64,000 nucleotides of DNA, taken from the NCBI GenBank assembly GCA_963667255.1, contig OY762940.1, positions 704,001 to 768,000 on the forward strand, read 5' to 3'. The position numbers and the translations under genes were made by a program. Source of the DNA: Candidatus Cloacimonadota bacterium (lineage in GTDB: Bacteria > Cloacimonadota > Cloacimonadia > G963667145). Under the pieces are notes generated by a model, which saw only the letters and a list, made by a program, of their open reading frames with translations, did no database searches and was not told where the DNA came from. Shown piece by piece: positions 1 to 10,686 of this stretch. Within the stretch, counting starts at the first letter, position 1. Every line of letters starts with the position of its first letter.

Positions 1-2
1 TT

Positions 3-197
3 TCCATCTCTTTCCGTCTGTTCGGTAACATTTTGGGCGGCTCTATTATTTGTGTTGTTATTTCCAATCTGACAAAGTTCATCGTTTTCCCGATGTTTTT
101 GTCGGGTTTTTTCGGAATATTTATTGGTATTATTCAGGCATTTGTTTTCACTATGCTCTCGCTCTCTTATCTTAGTGCCGGTATAGTGGAGGATTAG
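3..197 (+). CDS. atpB: F0 ATP synthase subunit a, 3' end (partial)
   Basis: The frame from position 3 reads SISFRLFGNILGG...IGIIQAFVFTMLSLSY...*, containing the RLFGN (essential Arg) and IQAFVF motifs. TAG is at 195-197. Confidence 0.95.
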   Translation, partial: SISFRLFGNILGGSIICVVISNLTKFIVFPMFLSGFFGIFIGIIQAFVFTMLSLSYLSAGIVED

Positions 198-199
198 AA

Positions 200-949
200 A
201 TGATAGATCCCGGAATTATTAAAATGTCTGCTTATGTCGCTGCCGGTATCGCTGTGGGTGCCGCTTCCCTTGCTACCGGAATCGGTTCGGGCTATATCGC
301 AGGTGGTGCTGTGGAGTCTATGGAGAGACAACCGCAGATAAACGAAAGACTTTTCCGTGCAATGTTGATAGGTCAGGCTGCTTCTCAAACGGGAGCTATT
401 TTGGCTTTGGTAATAGGGCTTTTACTTCTCTTCGGAGGTTTTGATAATCCCGCAGGAGGATGGTATAGAGTAGCTGCGTTGATGGGCTCCGGTATTTCTA
501 TCGGCTTGGGCTCAATAGGTTCTGGCTACGGAGCAGGTGCTACCGGTGGACAGACTTGCGTGGCTATGGGCAGAGTTCCCGACAAGAATGCCACTTTGCT
601 CGGTAATATGCTGATAGGACAGGCACTCAGCCAGTCCGTGACGATTTATGCTTTGCTTATCTCTTTGATGCTTTTGTATTCTACACCTCTGCAACCGGAA
701 GGGTTAGCCACAGGTGCTATAGTTCTAAAATCCGTTGCGTTGCTTGCCTCAGGTATTTGTATAGGATTTGGTAGCATAGGTTCGGGTTTGGGTATCGGAG
801 AGTTGGCTGGTAAATCCAATATGGCTATTGCCAAGATAGGAAAAGGTGAAATGGGAATTATGCGAGTGATGTTTATCGGTTCTGCCGTTACGCAATCTAC
901 TGCCATCTATGCTCTGATAGTCTCATTTTTGTTAATGTTTGTTTTATAA
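200..949 (+). CDS. atpE: Triplicated F0 c-subunit-like protein (3 hairpins, 6 TM), all three ion-binding Glu replaced by Gln
   Basis: Three tandem c-type repeats, each with a GxGxGxG helix and a polar loop (RQP / RVP / degenerate). The second helices read GQAASQT, GQALSQS and GSAVTQS. The gene lies between atpB and the canonical atpE. Confidence 0.9.
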   Translation: MIDPGIIKMSAYVAAGIAVGAASLATGIGSGYIAGGAVESMERQPQINERLFRAMLIGQAASQTGAILALVIGLLLLFGGFDNPAGGWYRVAALMGSGISIGLGSIGSGYGAGATGGQTCVAMGRVPDKNATLLGNMLIGQALSQSVTIYALLISLMLLYSTPLQPEGLATGAIVLKSVALLASGICIGFGSIGSGLGIGELAGKSNMAIAKIGKGEMGIMRVMFIGSAVTQSTAIYALIVSFLLMFVL

Positions 950-986
950 AATTGAAATAGAATAGTTCTTATATTTTAAGGATTAG

Positions 987-1241
<255 letters not shown>

Positions 1242-1284
1242 ATCGTTTGAATTTAACAGAAAATTTTAAAAGGAGTCGTAGCTT

Positions 1285-1761
1285 ATGGTAAGCGTAGATT
1301 ATTCGCTGATTTTAGTTATTCTAAACTTCATCGTTTTGATGTGGCTTTTGAATAAGTTTATTTTCCAGAATGTTAAGAAGTTTTTGAAGCAAAGGCAAGA
1401 GAAGATTGCTACGGAATTGAAAGAGACTGAAGATGCTAGAATAGAGTTGCAAGGTTTGGTGGAGAAAAAAGAAGCTGAGTTGAAGAAAGCTGATGTTGAG
1501 ATTCGTGCGGAGAGAAAGCGAGTTTTGGACAAAGCTGAAACGCAAGCTGACCAAATCTTGAAAGAAGCCAAAGACAAGGAAAAGGAAGTTCTTCAGGAGA
1601 GTAAGCAGGAGCTTCTTTCTCAAAAGAGCAAAATTGTGCATGACATTAGTGATGAGGTTGCTGTTTTGGTGGCTAAAGTTTCCGAGAAGATTATTGGTCA
1701 AAAGTTGGACGAGAAGACTGATGCCGAAGTCATAAGAAATATGATTTCCAAGGGAATTTGA
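1285..1761 (+). CDS. atpF: F0 ATP synthase subunit b
   Basis: N-terminal TM (ILNFIVLMWLLNKF) followed by a charged coiled coil; operon position. Confidence 0.93.
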   Translation: MVSVDYSLILVILNFIVLMWLLNKFIFQNVKKFLKQRQEKIATELKETEDARIELQGLVEKKEAELKKADVEIRAERKRVLDKAETQADQILKEAKDKEKEVLQESKQELLSQKSKIVHDISDEVAVLVAKVSEKIIGQKLDEKTDAEVIRNMISKGI

Positions 1762-2291
1762 AAGTGAAGAATAAAGTAATAGCTTCCAGATACGCTAAAG
1801 CTGTTTTCTCTTTGGCAGACACAAGCAAGATTGACAATTTTGTTGCTGACATTGATGTTTTGGTCGCTTTTTTTCAAAATAATTCTCAACTTGTCCAGAG
1901 TTTGAATAGTTCGGTTTTCGGTTTTGCCAAGAAAAAAGATTTTGTTACCAATTTGTCGGAGCAGACTTCTTGTAGCAAACTTTGGCTTAATTTCTTGTTG
2001 CTGTTGGTAAAAAAACATCGCTTTGTTCTTGTTTTGGATATTCTGGCAGAGTTGCAATCGATTGTGTTTGATTATCTGAAAAAAGAAGAAGTTCAATTGG
2101 TTTTGGCGAGAAAACATTCCGATGGTTTGATTGGAGAGATTGGCGAAGCGATTAAACAAAAAATAGGTAAGGAACCGAATATTACCGTATCTATTGATGA
2201 GAGTATTATTGGTGGGTTCGTGGTACATACCAAAAAATTTATTGTGGATTGTTCCATTAAAAATAGTTTAGGCAGGCTTGCTGCTCAATAG
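1758..2291 (+). CDS. atpH: F1 ATP synthase subunit delta
   Basis: IASRYAKA N-terminus and DESIIGGFVV...DCSIK C-terminus; TTG start overlaps the atpF stop. Confidence 0.92.
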   Translation: MKVKNKVIASRYAKAVFSLADTSKIDNFVADIDVLVAFFQNNSQLVQSLNSSVFGFAKKKDFVTNLSEQTSCSKLWLNFLLLLVKKHRFVLVLDILAELQSIVFDYLKKEEVQLVLARKHSDGLIGEIGEAIKQKIGKEPNITVSIDESIIGGFVVHTKKFIVDCSIKNSLGRLAAQ

Positions 2292-2301
2292 GAGTGAATG
2301 A

Positions 2302-3804
2302 ATGAAGATACAACCTGATGAAGTAAGTAGTATTTTAAAAAGTAGAATAGACGAATTTTCTTTCGATGTGGATATCGCTGAAACTGGTAAAGTAGTTGAG
2401 GTTGGTGACGGCATCGCTCGTGTTTACGGTTTGCACAATGTGCTGGCTTCCGAGATGATAGAGTTCGAGAACGGCGTTTTCGGTATGGCTCTCAACCTCG
2501 AAGAGGACAATGTTGGTTGCATCCTTTTCGGTAATGGCAGTAGCGTAAAAGAAGGGGATATCGTAAAGAGAAGCGGAAAGGTTTTGCAAGTCCCTGTTGG
2601 AGAAGCTACTTTGGGTAGAGTAGTTGATCCTCTTGGTAAACCTATTGATGGTAAGGGCGAGGTAAAAGCTGAGGCTTTTTTGCCGGTAGAGAGGAAGGCT
2701 CTTGGTGTTATCCAAAGACAACCTGTGGAAGAGGCTCTGCAAACCGGTATCAAGGCTATCGATTCCATGATTCCCATTGGTAGAGGTCAGAGAGAGCTTA
2801 TCATTGGTGACCGTCAAACTGGGAAAACCGCTATCGGTATTGATACGATTATCAATCAAAAAGATACAGGCGTGAAGTGTATATATGTGGCTGTTGGGCA
2901 AAAGGCTTCTACAGTCGCCAGTATTGTAAAGACACTGGAAGAGCACGGTGCGATGTCTTACACGACGATTGTTAGTGCGACAGCTTCTGTTTCGCCGGCT
3001 TTGCAATACATTGCTCCGTTTGCTGGGGCTTCTATTGCGGAATATTACAGAGACAAGGGCGAACACGCTCTCATCATTTATGACGATTTGTCCAAGCACG
3101 CTGTGGCTTATCGTGAGCTTTCACTTCTTTTGCGGAGACCACCAGGTCGTGAGGCTTTCCCGGGAGATGTGTTCTATTTGCACTCTCGCTTGTTGGAGAG
3201 AGCCAGTAAACTCAATGATGAATTGGGTGGAGGCAGTCTCACAGCTTTGCCGATTATCGAGACTCAAGCTGAAGATATTTCCGCTTACATTCCCACCAAT
3301 GTGATTTCTATTACCGATGGGCAAATTTATCTCTCTTCTAAGTTGTTTTATTCAGGGCGTCGTCCGGCGATTAATGCAGGTTTGTCCGTATCGCGTGTGG
3401 GTGGTTCGGCACAAATCAATTGTATGAAAAAGGTTGTTGGTCAGCTTCGTCTTAACTTGGCTCAATATGCGGAACTCGAGGCTTTCGCTAAATTCGGTTC
3501 GGATTTGGACAAAGCTACTCAAGCTCAATTGCGTAGAGGCGAGAGGCTAATTCAGATTTTGAAACAAGGGCAATACAAACCTTTGGAAGTTTCCAAGCAA
3601 ATTATGATTATCTTTATGGCGAACAACGGTTACTTGGACGAAATTGACTTGGCTAAAATCGCCAGTGTAGAGGAGAAACTTTTTGAAGTTTTAGATGACA
3701 AATTCGCTGACTTGAAAAAATCTTTGGCTACGGAAAAACTTACCGATGCTCTCCAAGAGAAGATGCATTCGTTGTGCAAGAGCGTCGCAGAGAACTTTAA
3801 ATAA
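2302..3804 (+). CDS. atpA: F1 ATP synthase subunit alpha
   Basis: GDRQTGKT Walker [35 protein letters not shown]. Confidence 0.99.
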   Translation: MKIQPDEVSSILKSRIDEFSFDVDIAETGKVVEVGDGIARVYGLHNVLASEMIEFENGVFGMALNLEEDNVGCILFGNGSSVKEGDIVKRSGKVLQVPVGEATLGRVVDPLGKPIDGKGEVKAEAFLPVERKALGVIQRQPVEEALQTGIKAIDSMIPIGRGQRELIIGDRQTGKTAIGIDTIINQKDTGVKCIYVAVGQKASTVASIVKTLEEHGAMSYTTIVSATASVSPALQYIAPFAGASIAEYYRDKGEHALIIYDDLSKHAVAYRELSLLLRRPPGREAFPGDVFYLHSRLLERASKLNDELGGGSLTALPIIETQAEDISAYIPTNVISITDGQIYLSSKLFYSGRRPAINAGLSVSRVGGSAQINCMKKVVGQLRLNLAQYAELEAFAKFGSDLDKATQAQLRRGERLIQILKQGQYKPLEVSKQIMIIFMANNGYLDEIDLAKIASVEEKLFEVLDDKFADLKKSLATEKLTDALQEKMHSLCKSVAENFK

Positions 3805-3864
3805 CAGAAATTGATAACTTTCCTCCTTGGAAGAGATTTTGAGGAGGATTTTTGACTAATTTGA

Positions 3865-3939
3865 GCGGGCATAGCTCAGTGGTAGAGCATCAGCTTCCCA
3901 AGCTGTGGGTCGCGAGTTCGACTCTCGTTGCCCGCTCCA
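3865..3939 (+). tRNA. tRNA-Gly(CCC)
   Basis: GCGGGCA acceptor stem pairs with TGCCCGC; D arm AGCTCAGTGGTAGAGC; anticodon loop TTCCCAA; GTTCGA T-loop; encoded 3' TCCA. Confidence 0.97.
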
Positions 3940-3964
3940 TTTTTTTATCCAAAATGAGGTAACT

Positions 3965-5209
3965 ATGTTAATATCTTCTATAGATTTGATGAACGGCAAA
4001 GCCGTGCAACTCCGCAATGGCAAAGAGAAAGTGCTGGAAAAAGACGAACCGCTGGAGTTAGTCAGGGAGTTTGCCAAGAGTTCTCAAATTGCTGTGATAG
4101 ATTTGGATGCTGCTTTGGATCAGGGGGACAACGAGGAGTTAATCCGTAAACTCTGCACAGTCGCCGATTGTCGCGTTGGTGGAGGCATTCGTTCTATTGA
4201 GAAAGCTAAGAAGATTTTTAGTTACGGTGCACAGAAATTGATAATCGGCACGATTGCTTTTAAGGATGACAAGATTAACCACGAATTTCTGCAAGAGCTG
4301 ACGGACAATTTTGGTAAACATCGCATTATGATTGCCATTGATGCTTACAAGGGGAAAATCACGACGAAAGGCTGGAAGCACGATACGGGGCTTGATGTTT
4401 ATTCCACTGTGCGTGAGTTGGAGCAGTATTGTGACAGCTTTTTGTTCACGATGGTGGAGGCCGAGGGATGTATGACGGGTATAGATGTGGACGCTATCAA
4501 GAAGATTGAGACCGCAAATCAGCTTACAGTGGCTGGAGGCATCAAGGACAACGAGCAGGTCATCGAGCTGAGTCGTCAGGGCTACGATGTGCAAGTGGGG
4601 ATGGCTCTCTACACTGGAGTTATCGATTTGCACAAGTGCTTTGTGGAGTCGCTTGCGTGGGACAAGCAGGAGCTTCTGCCGACTATCACGCAGGACAAAT
4701 TTGGGAATGTTCTGATGTTGGCGTATTCCAATAAGGATTCGCTCTACAAGACTTTGCAAGAAGGCAAGGTTACCTACTATTCTAGAAGTCGCAAAGAGCT
4801 GTGGACGAAGGGCGAGACCAGTGGACATTTTCAGTCGTTCCAATCTATTCGCACCGATTGCGACAGAGATACTTTGCTCATCAGAGCCGAGCAAAAAGGC
4901 GTAGCGTGTCATCTTGGCAATTATTCTTGCTTTGGGGAGCAACCCTTTGATTTGCGAGTGCTTTACGATATAGTTCAGAGTCGCTTTGCCAATCCGCAAG
5001 TTGGTTCTTATACCGCAAAATTGGCTGACGGTGATTTGCTCCGAGAAAAGATTATGGAAGAAGCCGAAGAGGTGTGTGAGGCTCGCACTCGCAAAGACAA
5101 GATTTGGGAAGTAGGCGATTTGCTCTACTTTGTGACTTGCTTTATGGCGAAAGAGGGAATTTCGTTCCAAGAAGTTTTCAACGAGCTACAGAGAAGAGAT
5201 AGGAAGTAG
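3965..5209 (+). CDS. hisA/hisIE: HisA-like TIM barrel fused to HisI (PR-AMP cyclohydrolase) and HisE (PR-ATP pyrophosphatase)
   Basis: HisA motifs [12 protein letters not shown] and VGGGIRS; HisI motifs [22 protein letters not shown] and [10 protein letters not shown]; HisE motifs [14 protein letters not shown] and EVGDLLY. Start moved to ATG 3965 (GAGGT SD) because the ORF-track start lies inside the tRNA. Confidence 0.9.
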   Translation: MLISSIDLMNGKAVQLRNGKEKVLEKDEPLELVREFAKSSQIAVIDLDAALDQGDNEELIRKLCTVADCRVGGGIRSIEKAKKIFSYGAQKLIIGTIAFKDDKINHEFLQELTDNFGKHRIMIAIDAYKGKITTKGWKHDTGLDVYSTVRELEQYCDSFLFTMVEAEGCMTGIDVDAIKKIETANQLTVAGGIKDNEQVIELSRQGYDVQVGMALYTGVIDLHKCFVESLAWDKQELLPTITQDKFGNVLMLAYSNKDSLYKTLQEGKVTYYSRSRKELWTKGETSGHFQSFQSIRTDCDRDTLLIRAEQKGVACHLGNYSCFGEQPFDLRVLYDIVQSRFANPQVGSYTAKLADGDLLREKIMEEAEEVCEARTRKDKIWEVGDLLYFVTCFMAKEGISFQEVFNELQRRDRK

Positions 5210-5210
5210 G

Positions 5211-5789
5211 TTACTTTTTGGTAAGCTTATTTTGACTTTCAGATGCAATCCTATTAGCCCAATATGTGTTGTTATAATAATTATATGTAAAGAAAAAATA
5301 AGACATATATATAACGATAATGATAATTGAATTTACTATATATGATATATCGTGTTGGCTTGATTGATGTTTAAAGCTATAGATAAACATAGCTATAATC
5401 GAAAGAAAATTTAGTCCAAACAAAAATTTAGAAAGATATAAATTAATTTTCCGCATTTTCATTTTGTAATATAGTTCTTTTTCATTGAACCTTAAATAAC
5501 TGCGAATCTTTCTAAAATGTATGTAATGCAGTGAAAATTTATCATTAAGTAAAATAAATTCAAATTCTTTTTGTGATAGTCTAAAATTTAAAATTTTTTG
5601 AAATCCAATAAGTGCTATATCCTTATTATTGGAGTTAAAATCTTTTTTAATTTCTTTGAGCAATTTATATTCTATAGAAATATTTGATAGTTTTCGGTTG
5701 GGGAGTTTTTTTATATTTATTATGGCTACTATAATAGTTACCACAAAGGTTAGAATAGGAACCAAATAATTTGTGATGTTATCTAACAT
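5211..5789 (-). CDS. Hypothetical membrane protein (AT-rich orphan, ~3 TM)
   Basis: 192-aa ORF with one N-terminal and two C-terminal hydrophobic segments; visibly more AT-rich than its neighbours. Confidence 0.65.
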   Translation of the reverse strand: MLDNITNYLVPILTFVVTIIVAIINIKKLPNRKLSNISIEYKLLKEIKKDFNSNNKDIALIGFQKILNFRLSQKEFEFILLNDKFSLHYIHFRKIRSYLRFNEKELYYKMKMRKINLYLSKFLFGLNFLSIIAMFIYSFKHQSSQHDISYIVNSIIIIVIYMSYFFFTYNYYNNTYWANRIASESQNKLTKK

Positions 5790-5793
5790 ATTT

Positions 5794-7053
5794 CTAAAAT
5801 TCTCTCCCCAAAATCCCTATCGCTGCTCTAATTCCACTTGCCCAAGCTCCTGTTATTCCTCTCGAAGTTCCTGCTCCGTCGCCAATCATATAGATATTCT
5901 TTTTCACTCTAAAATACTCATCGACAAATTCCGGTCTGTTGGCATACATCTTTATTTCGGGATAGTAGAGGATAGTCGATGGATGAAGAAGCCCGGGACA
6001 GATGTCGTTCAGGAGTTTTAGCGAGTTCCACAAATCCCGCATAATTTTGGACGGTGCGGTAAGAGTAATGTCGCCGGCACACGCTTTGCAAGTCGGCTTG
6101 AAATCGAATAAATCTTCGTTAAAAGTCTCCACCTTTGACCTTTTGCCGGCTACAAAATCGCCAACTCTTTGCATAATGGGAAGTCCGCCACCGATTTCGT
6201 TGCTCATTCTAGCGAGAAATGTGGCAAAAACTTGTCCGCTTCGCACAGGTTTTTTCAAGCCGATAGTTTTCAGCAAAGCGAAATTCACCAAGTTGTTTTC
6301 GCCTTTCTCTTTGGAGAGAGCGTGCCCGTTCACGATGTTAAATTCGTGGTATTTTTCCATAGTCACATAGGCGTTGCCCGAGTTGGTGCAAAAAGTCCGC
6401 ACTTTGTTGGGGAAGTAAAATTTCGGGTCGTAATAATCTTTTACAATGTCGTAATTTTGCAGTTTCGTCTCGACCCTAATTCCAATATCCACAATATTAT
6501 CCACATAGTTAATCTCGAACTTATTCATCATTTTTTGCAAGAAACTAAAGCCCTTTCTCCCGGGAGCGATAATCAGCTTTTTGTAAGAATAAGATTCGCT
6601 ATCGGTAATCACCACGCTGTTTTCTATCTCCAAAACTTCGGATTGCATCTTCACTTCTACGCCCATATCTTCCAACTTCGCAAGAAGATTTTTTATCAGG
6701 AAAACACTCTTGTCTGTCCCGATGTGAGCCTGTGCTATATCCAGCAATTTCACACCGACTTTCTCGGCTCTGAGCTGATATTTGGAGATATTTTCTTTCT
6801 TCAAAATATTCGGATTGAGATGTCTTTTCACCTCTTCCAAGTATTTTTCCGCTTCCTCTTTTTGCCAATAAATCTCCGTAAACCCGATGGGGAAAGTGTA
6901 GTTTTGCTTGCAATCGTTCAATAATCCGCCCGAGCAGATGTTCTCTTTTTCCAAGAGAAGAATTTTCAATTTCGGGTTGTTTTCTATTAATTTGAAGGCA
7001 CTTCCCAGTCCGGCAGGACCTGAACCTACGATAATCACATCATATTCTTTCAC
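5794..7053 (-). CDS. FAD-dependent oxidoreductase (uncharacterised COG2509-like family)
   Basis: GSGPAG dinucleotide-binding motif, DIGIRVE, RTFCTN, IGDGAGTSRGI. Confidence 0.85.
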   Translation of the reverse strand: MKEYDVIIVGSGPAGLGSAFKLIENNPKLKILLLEKENICSGGLLNDCKQNYTFPIGFTEIYWQKEEAEKYLEEVKRHLNPNILKKENISKYQLRAEKVGVKLLDIAQAHIGTDKSVFLIKNLLAKLEDMGVEVKMQSEVLEIENSVVITDSESYSYKKLIIAPGRKGFSFLQKMMNKFEINYVDNIVDIGIRVETKLQNYDIVKDYYDPKFYFPNKVRTFCTNSGNAYVTMEKYHEFNIVNGHALSKEKGENNLVNFALLKTIGLKKPVRSGQVFATFLARMSNEIGGGLPIMQRVGDFVAGKRSKVETFNEDLFDFKPTCKACAGDITLTAPSKIMRDLWNSLKLLNDICPGLLHPSTILYYPEIKMYANRPEFVDEYFRVKKNIYMIGDGAGTSRGITGAWASGIRAAIGILGREF

Positions 7054-7134
7054 TATGACGGCTCCTTTGACAAGTCATCTCAATTGACTTTGTTTTTTTT
7101 AAGAGATTTATGAAACTTGATTTTACGGTTTTTT

Positions 7135-10100
7135 CTAAATAAACAAATTTTTCAGCTCTTGGATGTTCATCTTCTTCAAACTTTCTTCCACACCTTCTAT
7201 CGTTTGTTCGAAAAGTTGTCGCTTCTTCGTTTGTAATTCCAAGATTTTCTCTTCAATAGTTCCTTGAGTGATAAGTTTGTAAACATTTATTTTTTTTGTT
7301 TGCCCGATGCGGTGTGTGCGGTCAATGGCTTGTTTCTCTACCATAGGATTCCACCACGGGTCAACCAATATCACGGTGTCCGCAGCCGTCAGATTTAGCC
7401 CCAATCCACCTACTTTTAGACTGAGCAAAAACACCTTTTTCTCTTCACTTTTGTTAAATTCGTTGATGATTTTTTGGCGATTTACGGTTGAGCCGTCCAT
7501 GTAGCTGAAATCGATTTTTTCTGAAATCAGGAAATTTTTCACAGTCTCCAGACTTTTTAGGAATTGAGCGAAAACCAAAATTTTCTTCTCGTTTTCCACA
7601 CAGATTTTTATCAAATTCGTAGCTGCTTCCATTTTGCCAGAAAATTCGGTTTGCTCCATGTCCAACAAATTCAACCCGTTAGCGATTTGGCGGAGCTTGG
7701 TGATGCCCGAGAGGATATGAATCGGCGTGATTTTTTTGTCGTTCAGGATAGATTTGCTGATTTGTTCCCACATGGAGTAGTAGTAGTTGTGCTGTTCGTC
7801 GCTCATCCCACAATAGATGACCTGTTCCTCTTTCGGCGAGAGTTCTTGCAAAATGTCGATTTTCTTTCGCCTCAAGATAAACGGAGAGATAATTTTTTGC
7901 AGGTAATTTTCTTTCGCCTTTGATTCGACCTCTTTCACAAAATTGTTATAGGCAGGCAGATACCCGGGCAGGAGAAAATCGAAAATTGACCAAAGGTCTT
8001 GCAACGAGTTTTCCACAGGAGTTCCCGAGATAGCCAGTTTATGCATGGCGGAAATGGTTTTCACGGCAACAGAGCGGGAAGAGATTTTGTTTTTTATAGA
8101 TTGGGCTTCGTCCAAAATTAGATAGAAAAAATTGTGCTTTTGGAAGATTTCGATATCCCGCAGAGCGATGGTATACGAGGCGACAAAAATTTTATTTTTA
8201 TCGTTAAGAAGCTCTTTTCTTTTTTCTTTGTTTCCCTGATAGTCAACCAGTTTGTCGCCAATCCCGAACTTTTCCCCTTCGGATATCCAGTTGTGCACCA
8301 AGGTCTTGGGACAGATAACCAAACTGTTTTCGCCTTCGGGCATCATCGTCAAGATTGACAACGCTTGCAATGTCTTCCCAGTTCCCATTTCATCAGCCAA
8401 AATTCCGTTCAAATGGTAAAACTCCAAGGTTTTCAGCCAGTTATAGCCGTTTACTTGGTAATGCCTGAGAAATCTTTCCAAAGGAGATACGGGGATATTT
8501 TGCATAGCCCGAGCGAGCAAATCGCTAATCATCTGCTTTAAGTAGCCGTCATCAATGTTAGTCCTTTCGTGGCTTATCGCATCTAATTGTATCAGTTTGT
8601 AAAGTGGTAACGAAAAGCTTTCTTCGGCAGAATCTAATCGTTGGTTCAGATTTTTTTCGATTAAATCTATCTGCTCGAAAGTTTGCTTGGAAATGATGAT
8701 TTTCTTCTCTTTGCTTACCTGATACTTTCTTTTGCCGTCCCGTTGCATCTTTTTCAGGACAGACAGAGGGATTTTTATTCTATCGAAACTGAAATTTATT
8801 TTTACTTGCAGTAGATTTTGCTGTAACGATTTGATGTCAAACTCAGGGAGCAAATCGACTTTTTGAGTCAGCAACTCTTGCAAATCTTTAGCAACTTCGA
8901 TTTTCCAAGCGGGATTTTCCACCTGATAAATATTGTCTTTTACCAACTCAACCTCGTAGCCTGTAAATTCCGTGTAATCGTCGGGGATTTTGCCGATAGT
9001 TTCGTAATAATCCTTTATCTCCGCCAAAAAATTTTGAGAAATGTAGCACCATTTCTCGCCATCGGGGAATTTTTGCAAACTCAAACTATACGAATTGAGA
9101 GCCTGACTCAGAGGCAAAGTGTGGTTTTCATCAAAAATAAGCTGAGCTTCCATGGTAATCTTTCCTGGGGGATGCGACAGTCGCATATGCAAAGTTGGTG
9201 GATTTGGCAGATGCTCAGGCAGAGGGCAGTCAATGTAACACTTGTGCCCCAATTTGGCAATTTTCTCTCGCACCAGCAAATGCATAAAGACGATTTCGAT
9301 ATCGTTCAGATAGTATTCACCATTCAATAACTTTCTCGCTTTAGCTTTGCTTATAGGCAAATGAGTAGAGTAGATGGTGTTGGCGGAACAAAAATATAAA
9401 CTGTTCCCCAAAAAGTAGTTGTCTGTGTTGAAATTTGTGCCCAGAGTTAGATTTTTGTCTTTGGAAACTCTTATCTCAAATTTTGGGCTTTCCTCTGCAA
9501 AAGTGAGAACTTCTTCTGTTTCCTTCAGTTTAATCTCGCCTTTGTTGAAAGTTTTCAAGATAAACAGCAATTCCGGTATTTTATTCATAGGGATTGTAAA
9601 ATATTTCTGTTTGGAATTAGTAAAAGAGCGATTTTTGACCAAGAATTTCAATAAAGCTATGTCTTCGTCCGAAAAAAGATTCCTATCTTGTTCAAAATTT
9701 TCCTTGTCCAAAGAGGTGTAGTAACCATTAAAATATACTCTTAACGGAGTATCGTGTGACAGCAGATTTTCTATGTAGATAGTTTTTTCGGATGTTAAAA
9801 CATCAAATTTATTGAAAATTGCGATTTCAGCTTCGAGATTTTGATTTCTGTCGCTTTCCATCAAATCCTGAACGGATAAGTGGTGGTAGCAATAGTCGAT
9901 AGCGGAAAAATAATGTGAGCAGTCTTTTCTGGAGCAGGCAGCACAATTATACGAAATGACTTTGTCCTCTTTTACATTGTAATCGATTTCGACTTTCAAG
10001 TTTAAGATTTTTTTCTCAGGAACTGAAGATAGGAGTATCTTGTAACTGTCTGTCCCTGATTTTCTTATCTTTACATTCAGTTCGTTTTTGGCGAATTTTA

Positions 10101-10158
10101 TAGCGTCTTTAAATAGCCAAGAGTTGGATTGATTCAAGTATTCTTTTTTTAAAATCAT
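7135..10158 (-). CDS. SNF2-family helicase with N-terminal SWIM-like Zn finger
   Basis: CAAC...CSH Zn motif, ILADEMGTGKT, LDEAQ, SGTPVEN, WWNP...QAIDRTHRIGQ. Confidence 0.93.
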   Translation of the reverse strand: MILKKEYLNQSNSWLFKDAIKFAKNELNVKIRKSGTDSYKILLSSVPEKKILNLKVEIDYNVKEDKVISYNCAACSRKDCSHYFSAIDYCYHHLSVQDLMESDRNQNLEAEIAIFNKFDVLTSEKTIYIENLLSHDTPLRVYFNGYYTSLDKENFEQDRNLFSDEDIALLKFLVKNRSFTNSKQKYFTIPMNKIPELLFILKTFNKGEIKLKETEEVLTFAEESPKFEIRVSKDKNLTLGTNFNTDNYFLGNSLYFCSANTIYSTHLPISKAKARKLLNGEYYLNDIEIVFMHLLVREKIAKLGHKCYIDCPLPEHLPNPPTLHMRLSHPPGKITMEAQLIFDENHTLPLSQALNSYSLSLQKFPDGEKWCYISQNFLAEIKDYYETIGKIPDDYTEFTGYEVELVKDNIYQVENPAWKIEVAKDLQELLTQKVDLLPEFDIKSLQQNLLQVKINFSFDRIKIPLSVLKKMQRDGKRKYQVSKEKKIIISKQTFEQIDLIEKNLNQRLDSAEESFSLPLYKLIQLDAISHERTNIDDGYLKQMISDLLARAMQNIPVSPLERFLRHYQVNGYNWLKTLEFYHLNGILADEMGTGKTLQALSILTMMPEGENSLVICPKTLVHNWISEGEKFGIGDKLVDYQGNKEKRKELLNDKNKIFVASYTIALRDIEIFQKHNFFYLILDEAQSIKNKISSRSVAVKTISAMHKLAISGTPVENSLQDLWSIFDFLLPGYLPAYNNFVKEVESKAKENYLQKIISPFILRRKKIDILQELSPKEEQVIYCGMSDEQHNYYYSMWEQISKSILNDKKITPIHILSGITKLRQIANGLNLLDMEQTEFSGKMEAATNLIKICVENEKKILVFAQFLKSLETVKNFLISEKIDFSYMDGSTVNRQKIINEFNKSEEKKVFLLSLKVGGLGLNLTAADTVILVDPWWNPMVEKQAIDRTHRIGQTKKINVYKLITQGTIEEKILELQTKKRQLFEQTIEGVEESLKKMNIQELKNLFI

Positions 10159-10312
10159 TGTTTCATGGCTATAAAAATCAATATTTTGTCAAGGAAAGAA
10201 AACGCAAAAGACGAACTATTTTTTGACAAAACAATGCTTGACAAATGACCTGTTTATAAATGAAAAGTGATAGTAGTATGGGAATTTTGGACAAAATTTT
10301 GCGAGGTTGAAA

Positions 10313-10672
10313 ATGGATATATCAAAAAAAATTGCCGAGATGAAGAAGCTGCCGAGATTTGTAGAAAAAGTAGGAATGGTGCTTGCTCACAACGGAATGG
10401 TCCGAGGCACTTCCCGAGATGGAAAGCCGGTAAAATCTCTGACCGTGAAAGCCGATTATGAGAGAATAGAAAAGTTGATAGAGAAGTATTCACAAGCGGA
10501 AGGGATTTTCAAAATCGTCGTTGAAGCGAAAGAGGGAACTTTTGTTCCGGGCGATGATTTGCTCTTCATCGTAGTCGCCGGCGATATTCGTCCTAATGTC
10601 AAAAAAGTGCTTGGCGAGATTTTGGAAGAGATTAAAACGACATGTTTTGAAAAGCATGAAATATTAGTATAG
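10313..10672 (+). CDS. moaE: Molybdopterin synthase large subunit MoaE-like
   Basis: VGMVLAHNGMVR and GDDLLFIVVAGDIR motifs of short MoaE proteins; ATG 10313 follows GAGGT. Confidence 0.75.
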   Translation: MDISKKIAEMKKLPRFVEKVGMVLAHNGMVRGTSRDGKPVKSLTVKADYERIEKLIEKYSQAEGIFKIVVEAKEGTFVPGDDLLFIVVAGDIRPNVKKVLGEILEEIKTTCFEKHEILV

Positions 10673-10686
10673 ATTTTGGAGCAAAT

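Noticed and set aside
3905..3964. ORF-track N-terminal extension of the His fusion
   Set aside because: It overlaps tRNA-Gly; a better ATG with an SD is at 3965.
4139..5170. 343-aa antisense ORF, and similar long antisense ORFs over atpA, the rml genes and the RND gene
   Set aside because: They lie opposite well-supported genes and have no motifs, so they are most likely shadow ORFs.
10187..10243. TGTCAA...TTGACA inverted motifs (also at 38530-38552) and the 16-mer AAACAATGCTTGACAA shared with the pcrA upstream region (~63187-63202)
   Set aside because: They are adequately explained by -35 boxes of (divergent) promoters, and there are too few instances to claim a regulon.
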